NCBI RefSeq assembly: GCF_000020385.1
Contig: NC_010814.1
Span: 2,250,001-2,282,000 of the forward strand
Direction of reading: 5' to 3'
Length of the DNA stretch: 32,000 nt
Source of the DNA: Trichlorobacter lovleyi SZ
GTDB taxonomy: Bacteria; Desulfobacterota; Desulfuromonadia; Geobacterales; Pseudopelobacteraceae
Shown piece by piece: positions 9,397-17,907 of the stretch (its first letter is position 1; the number at the start of each line of letters is the position of its first letter). A model generated the notes under the pieces. That model searched no databases. It saw only the letters and a list, made by a program, of their open reading frames with translations, and was not told where the DNA came from. Position numbers and translations under genes: made by a program.

Positions 9397-10274
9397 CAGG
9401 CCCCTCCAAATGTTGAGCCGACCGGCTTCTGATACACCATGTCGTTCTTGAAATGGCGCAAATTAAACAAGGTCGTGATATTCATCAGTGACTCAGAGTG
9501 CCCCAACAACAGGTAACCGGAATCCCGCAGAACCTGATAAAAAGATTCAACCACCTTTTTTTTGGCCGTTTGATCAAAATAAATGATGACATTGCGACAA
9601 AAAATCAGGTCAAAGCTACCCAGCATCTTCATCCTGGTACTGTCCAGCAGGTTCAGATGGCTGATGGTAACCAGCTTTCTGACATTGTCCAGAACCCGGA
9701 AGCCACCTTCCGGTTGCGGGGCAAAATACCTGTTTTTATAATAATCATCGGTTGAACGGAATGCCGATGGTCCATAGATGCCGCGGCGGGCATGCTGCAG
9801 GACACGCTGGCTGATATCGGTTCCAACAATCTCGATCGACCAGTCCTTCAGACACTCCATTTCAAGCAGCAGCATGGCAATGGTATACGGTTCTTCACCG
9901 GTTGAACAGCCGGCAGACCAGACCCGGATACGGTGATTGTGCTCCCGCGTCCCCCTGGCAGCGCAGATCTCAGGAACAATCTCATCGGTAAAGGCCTTCA
10001 GCTGATATTCCTCACGGAAAAAATAGGTTTCGTTGGTGGTAAGCAGGTCCATGATCTCTTCCAGTTCCTGATCGCGTTTGCGGTTAAAGCGCAACAACTG
10101 GTAGTATTCACGGAATGATTTCAGCTGATGAACAGCCAGACGACGGCTGAGTCTTTTTTCCAGCAGGTAGGAATTCTGATCGTCAAACCAGAGGCCGCAG
10201 TGACTGTAAACCAGGTCACGCAGCAACCGGAATTCTTCTTCAGACATCAGTATTTCCGGTTCAAAAGGACACAT
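9396..10274 (-). CDS. cheR: Chemotaxis protein methyltransferase CheR
   Basis: The product has the CheR N-terminal helical domain and a SAM-dependent methyltransferase domain (...RVWSAGCSTGEEPYTIAMLL...IFCRNVIIYFD...). The track start (GTG 10331) overlaps the HEAT gene, so I prefer ATG 10274, one nt after the HEAT stop. ATG 10247 is also possible. Confidence 0.9.
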   Translation of the reverse strand: MCPFEPEILMSEEEFRLLRDLVYSHCGLWFDDQNSYLLEKRLSRRLAVHQLKSFREYYQLLRFNRKRDQELEEIMDLLTTNETYFFREEYQLKAFTDEIVPEICAARGTREHNHRIRVWSAGCSTGEEPYTIAMLLLEMECLKDWSIEIVGTDISQRVLQHARRGIYGPSAFRSTDDYYKNRYFAPQPEGGFRVLDNVRKLVTISHLNLLDSTRMKMLGSFDLIFCRNVIIYFDQTAKKKVVESFYQVLRDSGYLLLGHSESLMNITTLFNLRHFKNDMVYQKPVGSTFGGA

Positions 10275-10275
10275 C

Positions 10276-12282
10276 TCAGTCTGCGCCCAGTTGCGACCTG
10301 ATCTCGGCCCTGACCAGATCATTATCTTCACGATCCAGAGCCATCTGCAGCAATGTCATACGATCTTCAGCAGGCAATGCACTGCTGGCCCTGACAGCAG
10401 TGATTCTCACATCCCAGTCCTGGTGGCAGATAATATGATTAAACCAGGGCAGCAGCAATGACAGGTCGTAACGGTGCAACAACTCGATCGCTCCCTTCAG
10501 CACCTCACCGTCATGCCGTCCAAGATCCCTTGAAACAGCCTGCAACGCCATGACTGACCCGATCTGCTCAAACGCTTCCAGGCAGGCCAGCTGCACCACC
10601 TCATCTCCCTGTTCCCAGAGTTGCAGCAGATCTGGCAGTGCGGCCTCACCGGCCAGCTGTACCAGACTACGCAAGGCAGCGGCCTGTACCCAGGCATCAC
10701 TGTCATGCAGAGACAGTCGAAGCGGTGCAATGGCGGCATCATCCCGGCAGTCTCCCAATGCCTCGGCAGCAGCAATCCGGACATCAGGTTCTTCATCGAC
10801 CAACGCCATCATCAAGTGGGAGCATCCCTCTGCAGGCCTCAGTTTTCCGGCAGCCCGTGCAGCAGATTCACGCACCGAGGCATTTTCATCTTTCAGCAAC
10901 CGGGCCAGCTGCTCACCATCATGCACGGCGGCAAAGAGCAAGGCGGCCCCTCTGCGCTGTTCAGGGTCCGGCGCAGATGCCAGCTGTTTTGCGGCCGTTC
11001 CAATTACGTGGCGATCAATATCAGCGTAACGGAGCAGTGCAGCCAGTGCTGCCTCCCGCACCGAGGCATCCTCATCATTCAAAAGCTCTGCCACCTGTGC
11101 GGGCAACTCCGGATCGCTCAACTTGGCAGAGGCATAGACTGCAGCGCTGCGTACCCGGGCCGCAGCATCCGCAAGTGCGCAGCGGATAACATCTGCCCCT
11201 TCCGGCGCCCCGCTGTTCCCTAAAAATCGGCACAGGGCAGCCCGTTCATCAATCGATTCTGTTGCAGCAAAACGTGTATTGGCGGCTCTGACCGCTGCAA
11301 GCCCCAGCTGCCGTAATGCCGATTCTGCTGCTGCCGTCAGACGTTCATCCGCCAGAGCGGAAAACAACACCTCAAGACCGCGCGGATCGGCCAGTATGCC
11401 CAGAATAGCCACGACAGCCTCATTCACCGCCTGGTTACCGGGGGTAAACGAAGCGATCAACTGCTCGACCAGTCCTTGGTCAGCCAGGAGCTGCAATCGT
11501 GCTTTGGCCTCTGACTGCCCGGCAGCATCGAGGCGCTGGAGTACCTGGACCAACGAGCTGACAGCAGCCTGGCGGACACTGGGAAGGTGTGACAACACGC
11601 CTTCCAGCAGCAATGCAACGGCATCACTATCGCTACCTATTTTGCCAAGGCACTCAAATACGGCCCGCCGCAGAAGCTCCTGCCCGGCAAGCTGCTTGAC
11701 CACCGCCGGTAATGGTCCGGCAACACCGATCCGTCCCAGGGCCGCCAGCGCATTGAAACGAAAAAAGGATTCCTGATTCCGCTCAAGATGCCGTAACAAT
11801 TCCGGAACAGATTCAGCGTTACCAGCAACCCCCAATCCTTCTGCCGCCGCTGCAGCCACGTTGCTATCCGGATCTGACAGGGCACGGGTCAGACCGGCAA
11901 GTGCCTCTGCACCGCCAAGAGCACCAAGGGCATCCACCACCAGCTTGCGCAGGTCATGGTCCGCATCGTCCAGATAACCCAGCAGGATCGGCACAACCCT
12001 GACGCCACATCTGACCAGAAGCTCGGCAGTTGCATTGCGCAGCCCGGCATTTTCCTCATCCCGCAACAGGTCGATCAGTTGATGAATATCATCCTGATCA
12101 GGCCGGGCTGCCAGCACGACCTCCACGGCCTGCTTACGCACACGCCAGCTTTCGTCACCAAGGGCAGCAAAAAGAATGGCCCTGCTTTGCTGCAGAGGCA
12201 GATGACGCTGTTCCTGCACAGCCCGGTAGCGTATTTCTTCGTCATGGTCTGCAGCCATCCGGTGGCTATCAGGCATCGCCAT
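10276..12282 (-). CDS. HEAT-repeat (PBS-lyase-type) protein, about 668 aa
   Basis: It contains roughly 20 recurrences of a module of about 31 aa, D-x-(D/E)-x-x-V-R-x-x-A-x-x-A-L. Examples are DEDASVREAALAALLRY, DENASVRESAARAAGKL and DEEPDVRIAAAEALGDC. The track start is TTG 12390. I prefer ATG 12282, which is preceded by AGGAGG with a 9-nt spacer and overlaps the cheW end by 14 nt. Confidence 0.8.
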   Translation of the reverse strand: MAMPDSHRMAADHDEEIRYRAVQEQRHLPLQQSRAILFAALGDESWRVRKQAVEVVLAARPDQDDIHQLIDLLRDEENAGLRNATAELLVRCGVRVVPILLGYLDDADHDLRKLVVDALGALGGAEALAGLTRALSDPDSNVAAAAAEGLGVAGNAESVPELLRHLERNQESFFRFNALAALGRIGVAGPLPAVVKQLAGQELLRRAVFECLGKIGSDSDAVALLLEGVLSHLPSVRQAAVSSLVQVLQRLDAAGQSEAKARLQLLADQGLVEQLIASFTPGNQAVNEAVVAILGILADPRGLEVLFSALADERLTAAAESALRQLGLAAVRAANTRFAATESIDERAALCRFLGNSGAPEGADVIRCALADAAARVRSAAVYASAKLSDPELPAQVAELLNDEDASVREAALAALLRYADIDRHVIGTAAKQLASAPDPEQRRGAALLFAAVHDGEQLARLLKDENASVRESAARAAGKLRPAEGCSHLMMALVDEEPDVRIAAAEALGDCRDDAAIAPLRLSLHDSDAWVQAAALRSLVQLAGEAALPDLLQLWEQGDEVVQLACLEAFEQIGSVMALQAVSRDLGRHDGEVLKGAIELLHRYDLSLLLPWFNHIICHQDWDVRITAVRASSALPAEDRMTLLQMALDREDNDLVRAEIRSQLGAD

Positions 12283-12754
12283 GCAGAACTTCCTCCTGAA
12301 TCTGTCCCTGATAATGTCGTCCTGAAGGGGTAAAGAGGGAATCAATGTCGAGCACCAGATAGAGCCGCTCATTGCAGAGACAGACTGCAACCAGAAATTC
12401 AGCCCCTACCCCTTCGATCATATCGGGTGGCGGTGTCAGATCACGCACCGGCACCGTCACCACTTCATCAAGATCATCAACCGCAAGGGCAACCTGCCGC
12501 CCTGCCACCGATACAATCATCAGCTTGCCCGGTCCGCCGGGGCGGGGAGGCATCCCGAAACGGGCACGCAGATTCATGACCGGAATAACCTGTCCGCGCA
12601 GATTGATCATGCCGTCAAGGCTGCTGTTCTGCAGTGGAAACCCCGCAAGCTTCTGCGGGATCACAATTTCCTTGATCCGCATGATATCAATGGCGAACAG
12701 GTTATCACCCATAAGAAAACCTGCCAGTTGCAGCTCCTGAATAGCAGACTCCAT
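12269..12754 (-). CDS. cheW: Chemotaxis coupling protein CheW
   Basis: It is a single CheW domain (...LFAIDIMRIKEIV...GMINLRGQVIPVMNLR...). The track start is TTG 12784. I prefer ATG 12754, one nt after the upstream stop. Confidence 0.88.
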   Translation of the reverse strand: MESAIQELQLAGFLMGDNLFAIDIMRIKEIVIPQKLAGFPLQNSSLDGMINLRGQVIPVMNLRARFGMPPRPGGPGKLMIVSVAGRQVALAVDDLDEVVTVPVRDLTPPPDMIEGVGAEFLVAVCLCNERLYLVLDIDSLFTPSGRHYQGQIQEEVLHGDA

Positions 12755-12755
12755 G

Positions 12756-13517
12756 CTAGCCGACCTCGCCGAGGGCAGTATCAACGACCTTGCAGATATC
12801 CAGAATGATCAGCATCCGTTTTCCGGTTCTGCCGATTCCCGACACAAACTCACGGGCCACTCCTTCAAGCATCGAGGGTGTGGCTTCACGGTCTGTTGCA
12901 GCAATCTTGACAACATCGGTCACCCGGTCAACCCGTAACCCATGCAGACTGTCACCACAGCGGACAATAATAATCCGTTCCTGACCGGCGTCGTAGTCAA
13001 GTGACATACCAAGCCGCTTGCGCATGGTAAAAACCGGCACGATCACCCCGCGCAGGGAAAGCACACCATCCACAAAGCCCGGTGTCCTGGGCACCTCGGT
13101 CAGTTCCCGGGACTTGATGATCTCCTTGATCTCCATGATGTTGATGCCGTACTCCTCATCACCCAAGCGGAAGCAGAGGAACTCTTCAAACCGCTCCTCA
13201 GACGCAGCGGTCTGATGTTCCTGCTCAGTCTCCGGCAGCACCGTGCCGTTCGTGGAACGATCATGCTCCCTGCCGGCGAGAATAACCGCCAACGGATTAA
13301 AATGAGCTGCGGCAGGGACGGCACGAGCCATGGCCGGTCCGGGGAATGAGACCGGCGCAGCTTGCTGAGCAGCGGAGTCATCGGATAACGTCAAGGCGGG
13401 CGGCACAACATGATCGGGCTGCAGGACGACCGGTTCCGGCAATGGAGTACTGACCTCCTCCGTTGCCCCGGGTGCCCCTTCCTGCCGCGCCTTGTTGCGA
13501 ATCTTGGCCAGTTCCAT
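12756..13517 (-). CDS. CheW-domain protein with a Pro/Ala-rich N-terminal extension of about 115 aa
   Basis: The C-terminal CheW domain has ...YGINIMEIKEIIK...GVLSLRGVIVPVFTMR.... The N-terminus is low-complexity (MELAKIRNKARQEG...PLPEPVVLQPDHVVPPAL...). The start shares one base with the upstream stop (TGATG). Confidence 0.8.
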   Translation of the reverse strand: MELAKIRNKARQEGAPGATEEVSTPLPEPVVLQPDHVVPPALTLSDDSAAQQAAPVSFPGPAMARAVPAAAHFNPLAVILAGREHDRSTNGTVLPETEQEHQTAASEERFEEFLCFRLGDEEYGINIMEIKEIIKSRELTEVPRTPGFVDGVLSLRGVIVPVFTMRKRLGMSLDYDAGQERIIIVRCGDSLHGLRVDRVTDVVKIAATDREATPSMLEGVAREFVSGIGRTGKRMLIILDICKVVDTALGEVG

Positions 13518-14317
13518 CAGAGCGTTACCTCATCACGAACTTCCTGAATAATTGAAGCATCTATCACAGCAGCATCACTGCCGTACGCCACCAGCAACGC
13601 ATTGGTGGCCACAGCATTGATCCTGCGCGGAACCCCGGCTGACAACTCGTAGATTGCCTGTACGGCATCCGGCGTAAAAAGCCCCGGAACGCCACCACTT
13701 GCCACTATTCTGAAATCCAGGTATTCCATGGTTTCCTCAAGGGAAAGCGGCTGCAGATGAAAATGCAGGGAGATACGCTGTCTGAGCGGTTCCATCGGTT
13801 GATATCTGAGCAGGCTGCGCAGTTCGGGTTGCCCCATGATCAGGACACTGATCAGGTTATGATCATCCATCTGGTAGTTGGTCAACAGGCGGATCTCGTC
13901 AAAGACTTCCAGCTCGGTTATGGTCTGGGCCTCGTCAATCACCAGCACCGGGCAGAGGTTGTCCCGGTACAGATCATACAGCCTGCCGGTAATCTGGCGC
14001 AACAGATCATCCTTGCTACGGGCAGGTTGTTCAATCTCAAGTCCATGGGCCATGGTGCGCAAAAATTCAAGTGCCCCCATGCGGGGATTAAAGATCAGGA
14101 CAAAGCGGTAACCTGTGCCGCAACGATCCATCAGCGCCCTGGACAGGGTGGTCTTGCCGCAGCCGACATCACCGGTCAAAAGGGCAATCTCCCGTTCTTC
14201 GACTGCATATTCCAGCCTGGCCAATGCCTCTTCATGTCCTTTGGACAGGAACAGAAAACGCGGGTCAGGCGTCTTGCCAAACGGCTTTTCCCTCAGGCCG
14301 AAATACTCCTTGTACAT
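13517..14317 (-). CDS. ExeA/GspA/MshM-like AAA+ ATPase (ATPase module only)
   Basis: The 266-aa product begins MYKEYFGLREKPF, as ExeA-family proteins do. It has Walker A (GDVGCGKTT) and Walker B (VLVIDEAQ). It has no C-terminal peptidoglycan-binding region. Confidence 0.75.
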   Translation of the reverse strand: MYKEYFGLREKPFGKTPDPRFLFLSKGHEEALARLEYAVEEREIALLTGDVGCGKTTLSRALMDRCGTGYRFVLIFNPRMGALEFLRTMAHGLEIEQPARSKDDLLRQITGRLYDLYRDNLCPVLVIDEAQTITELEVFDEIRLLTNYQMDDHNLISVLIMGQPELRSLLRYQPMEPLRQRISLHFHLQPLSLEETMEYLDFRIVASGGVPGLFTPDAVQAIYELSAGVPRRINAVATNALLVAYGSDAAVIDASIIQEVRDEVTL

Positions 14318-14320
14318 GGC

Positions 14321-16426
14321 CTAGGCCCCGCTGCCGCGCATGGTTTCAGCAATGATGCCGCCAGCGTCCAGCACCAGGATGGTGCGTTGGTCCCCAAGGT
14401 CCGCTGCACCCGAGATGCCACGCAATGTTCTGAATGCCGGTCCCAGAGGCTTGATAACAATATCCTGCTGCCCCAAAAGATCATCCACCACAATTCCCAG
14501 ACGTTTCTCCGCTGATCCGACCACCACGACATACTGTTCTCCGGGGTTAATCCCGACCCGTTCAACCCTGAAGAGCCGTTCCAGCCGCAGCAGCGGCAGG
14601 GTCTGCTCGCGCAGATTGATCACTTCCTTGCCTTCAACGGTCTTGATATCAGCAGGTTCCAGGATCAGAGATTCAACCACCGAGGTGATCGGTATTGCGT
14701 AGGTGCGTCCGGCGCAGAAGATAATCAGGGCCTTGATGATGGCCAGGGTGATCGGCAGTATGATCGTAAAACGGGACCCCTGCCCCAACCTGGTTTCAAT
14801 ATCAACCATGCCGGATACAGCGGCAATATTGTTGCGCACCACATCCATGCCGACACCGCGGCCGGAGATGTCGGTGATCGTGTCTGCCGTAGAAAAACCG
14901 GGCATAAAGATCAGGTCAAGTGCCTCGCGGTCTGACATGCCGTTAATATCCTGCACCAACCCCTTGGACAGGGCCTTTTGCTTGACCTTTTCAAGGTCAA
15001 TGCCGGCGCCATCGTCCTCCACTTCAATCACAACATGGTTGCCCTTCTGAAAAGAGGAAAGACGGACCGTACCCCGCTCATCCTTGCCGGCAGCCAGACG
15101 CCGTTCCGGCGACTCGATACCATGGTCAATGGCATTCCGGATGATATGCATCAACGGGTCGGCAATATCCTCCACAATCAGCTTGTCAAGCTCCGTCTCG
15201 GCGCCGTACAGCTTCAGCTCGATCTTCTTGCCCTGCTCACGGGAGATCTTGCGCACAATCCGGGACATCTTTTCATACAGCTGTCCCACCGGAATCATGC
15301 GGATATCCATGACCCCTTTTTGCAGGTCGGTCAGGCGCCGTTCAAGGCCCTTGGCGGCCTTGCCCAGATCAATGGCCATCCGGGAAAACCCTTCGGTCCG
15401 CATCCGGTTGGCAATGGATGAAATGGAGGAGTGGGCCAGGACCAGTTCCCCTACAATATTCATCAGTTCATCCAGCTTACCGATATCTACCCGTACGGTA
15501 CGGCTCATGCTCTTGGCTGAAAAGGCCTCATCCGGGCTGGCGCCGGGCAGTTCCGAAGCAGGCAGTACCACGGGAGTATCTGCTGTTTCCGATGCGGAGG
15601 CAGTGACAGCAACCGGCTGAAAATCAGCCCGGTCCGGTAACGCTGCCGCCTTTGCATCTCCCTTGGGAGCTCCCGCCAGCAGGATGGATACGTCAAGATG
15701 CTTCAGAAGCGCTGAAAGTTCCTGTTCATTACGGTCCGTTCCTGTCAACAGATCAAAATCGATATGGGTTTCGATCCGCTCGCCAACACTTGGCAGGGTA
15801 CTGATGACCTCACCACATCCCTTCAGGATATCGGTCAGCTCAGCCAGCCCCTGATCAAAGGTCGTCAGCTCAAAGGAGGCATGCACCACATAAATATGGC
15901 GCCCCTTGCTGCAGTTTTCTTTCAGGCGGTGTTCTTCGTACTCGGTCAGCGCCCCCATCAATGAGTCTGAAAGGCCAAGTTGCTCAAGCAAGGGAGCGGC
16001 AGTGACCGGTTCAGCAGGGTTAAGGCAGGCTGCAATGGCAGATGCATGGGCGGACGCGGCAGCCTGATGCTGGTCAAGGGTACCATCAACACAGGCGCGC
16101 AGCAGTGTCGTAAGCAGTTCAGCAGATGAAAACAGCAGTTCCAGCACCGCAGGGGTAAGTGAAATCTTCCCCATCCGTAACCAGTCAAGCAGGTTCTCGG
16201 CATGATGGGCGGTCTCTGCTATCATGCCAAAGCCGAACATGCCTGCCAGTCCCTTCAGAGAGTGGGCACCACGAAAAATGGCGTTCAGCAGATCAGGCTC
16301 CCAGGCCCCCTTCTCAGCCATATCAGCCAGGTCGGCCAGTTGCGTCCCGAGCTCTTCGACAATTTCCTCGGCTTCCGCCAGAAAATCACGTGCTGCGTCA
16401 GATGATGGGGGGGAGGACGAACTCAT
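14321..16426 (-). CDS. cheA: Chemotaxis histidine kinase CheA
   Basis: The 701-aa product has an Hpt domain with phospho-His context (FRGAHSLKGLAG). It also has a dimerisation region, an HATPase_c domain (...NAIDHGIE...DDGAGID...GRGVGMDVV...) and a C-terminal CheW-like P5 domain. The start overlaps the cheY stop (ATGA). Confidence 0.95.
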   Translation of the reverse strand: MSSSSPPSSDAARDFLAEAEEIVEELGTQLADLADMAEKGAWEPDLLNAIFRGAHSLKGLAGMFGFGMIAETAHHAENLLDWLRMGKISLTPAVLELLFSSAELLTTLLRACVDGTLDQHQAAASAHASAIAACLNPAEPVTAAPLLEQLGLSDSLMGALTEYEEHRLKENCSKGRHIYVVHASFELTTFDQGLAELTDILKGCGEVISTLPSVGERIETHIDFDLLTGTDRNEQELSALLKHLDVSILLAGAPKGDAKAAALPDRADFQPVAVTASASETADTPVVLPASELPGASPDEAFSAKSMSRTVRVDIGKLDELMNIVGELVLAHSSISSIANRMRTEGFSRMAIDLGKAAKGLERRLTDLQKGVMDIRMIPVGQLYEKMSRIVRKISREQGKKIELKLYGAETELDKLIVEDIADPLMHIIRNAIDHGIESPERRLAAGKDERGTVRLSSFQKGNHVVIEVEDDGAGIDLEKVKQKALSKGLVQDINGMSDREALDLIFMPGFSTADTITDISGRGVGMDVVRNNIAAVSGMVDIETRLGQGSRFTIILPITLAIIKALIIFCAGRTYAIPITSVVESLILEPADIKTVEGKEVINLREQTLPLLRLERLFRVERVGINPGEQYVVVVGSAEKRLGIVVDDLLGQQDIVIKPLGPAFRTLRGISGAADLGDQRTILVLDAGGIIAETMRGSGA

Positions 16427-16791
16427 AGAAACCTTTTAACTATCTCAAGAAGTTGTTCCGGCTGAAATGGTTTTACCAGATACTCATTGGCCCCCAGGGA
16501 AAGCCCCTTTTCAATATCTTTACGGCTTCCTTCGGTGGAGATGACAACGACCGGCAGATCCTTATACATCGGGTTGCTACGAATGAAGCTGAGCAGCTCA
16601 AGCCCATTGATATCCGGCATATTGATATCGGTCAGAACCAGGTCAACCTGCTCACGGGGCAGCATACGCAATGCCTCAAAACCATTTGGAGCCTGCACAG
16701 TAGAAATAGTTCCCAATGTTTCCAGGGTGGAAACCAGCAGTGAACGCATGGCCGCCGAATCATCAACAATAAGAATGGTGAAGGTCTTCAT
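16423..16791 (-). CDS. cheY: CheY-like single-domain response regulator
   Basis: The REC domain has ILIVDD, VLTDINMPDINGLE and YLVKPF. The track start 16809 is a TTG lying within the Shine-Dalgarno GGAGG. I prefer ATG 16791. Confidence 0.9.
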   Translation of the reverse strand: MKTFTILIVDDSAAMRSLLVSTLETLGTISTVQAPNGFEALRMLPREQVDLVLTDINMPDINGLELLSFIRSNPMYKDLPVVVISTEGSRKDIEKGLSLGANEYLVKPFQPEQLLEIVKRFL

Positions 16792-16830
16792 GAATACAGG
16801 TTCCTCCAAACCTCTGACCCGTGAAAGTCG

Positions 16831-17829
16831 CTAGCCCTGCAAGTGCAAAATATCTTTGAGGTTGCCCAGAAGAGAAGCAAACTGTTCTCCCTTGGTATCA
16901 CCGCGGCGTGGTTTGATCAGAAAGGGACAGCCCAGACCGGCAAGCTCGGAGGCAGCCTCGGCATGATGAAAATCGGAAACAGCAGCAAGCCTGATGCCGG
17001 CAAAATTGCGATGTAAGAGCTGGATCAGCTCCAGTCCCCCCAGCACACCGCTACCATCCATCTTTGGCATGATCAGATCAACCAGCACAAACGGGCAGGA
17101 ACCTGAACGGAACAGGGCATCAACCTTTACCAAGGCCTCTTCGCTTCTGCTGAATACAGCCACGTCAAACCAACGCTGCAGTTCATCAGCCAGCGCCTCT
17201 GCCATGCTGCTGTCATCATCAACAATCACCATGGCAGGCAGCGATGCTTCAGGTTCCAACACAGGGGGTTCCAGAATTTCTTCAACCGGCTGGCCTTCAT
17301 CAGCCCCAAGCTGTTGTTGAACACGCACGGCTTCGGCAACCAGTTGATCAGGAGAACTCTTTCCCAGTTCCAGAATCAGTTGTACCGGGTCAAGATAGGC
17401 GGCATCCACGGTTTCAACATCTCGGGCAGCACAGTCAAAACTCCCCTCAGTCCAGGCAAACAGGGTCATCAGTACATTGCTGATCTGTTCCCGCACAGTC
17501 TGTTCAATCAGCTGCAGATCAACATGAAAACGATGGTGAAGGATCGTGCCGATCCGTTCACGGAACTGCTCCTGCTGCTGGATAGCCAGGGCCTGCTGCA
17601 CCATCTCGGGTGTGGCAGCACCATTACGGATCAGCAGTTCTCCAAGGCTTTGCTGAAAGCCGGTGGAGGTGACTCTGACCAACAGGCCGTCTCGAAACTG
17701 CAGCACCGCCTCACGCCCTCTGCTTTTCAGGGTCAGAATGCCGGTGCGACGACTGACCCCCACAATCTGCAGGATTTCGTCAAGTCCCAGTTCTTCCAGC
17801 TTTCCATGCAGTCCGCTCTGCATCTGCAC
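16831..17829 (-). CDS. PATAN (DUF4388) domain plus receiver-domain response regulator
   Basis: The N-terminal DUF4388/PatA-N pattern is present (LGLDEILQIVGVSRRTGILTLKSRGREAVLQFRDGLLV). The C-terminal REC has MVIVDDD, FVLVDLIMPKMDG and FLIKP. The track start is GTG 17856. AGGAG (17841-17837) lies 7 nt upstream of GTG 17829, which favours that start; ATG 17823 is also possible. Confidence 0.75.
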   Translation of the reverse strand: MQMQSGLHGKLEELGLDEILQIVGVSRRTGILTLKSRGREAVLQFRDGLLVRVTSTGFQQSLGELLIRNGAATPEMVQQALAIQQQEQFRERIGTILHHRFHVDLQLIEQTVREQISNVLMTLFAWTEGSFDCAARDVETVDAAYLDPVQLILELGKSSPDQLVAEAVRVQQQLGADEGQPVEEILEPPVLEPEASLPAMVIVDDDSSMAEALADELQRWFDVAVFSRSEEALVKVDALFRSGSCPFVLVDLIMPKMDGSGVLGGLELIQLLHRNFAGIRLAAVSDFHHAEAASELAGLGCPFLIKPRRGDTKGEQFASLLGNLKDILHLQG

Positions 17830-17907
17830 GACAGTTCTCCTTACCGGTAATACCACGACAAACAGGGCAACAATGATAAACCACAGAATAGTCTGAGTAA
17901 AGCCATA

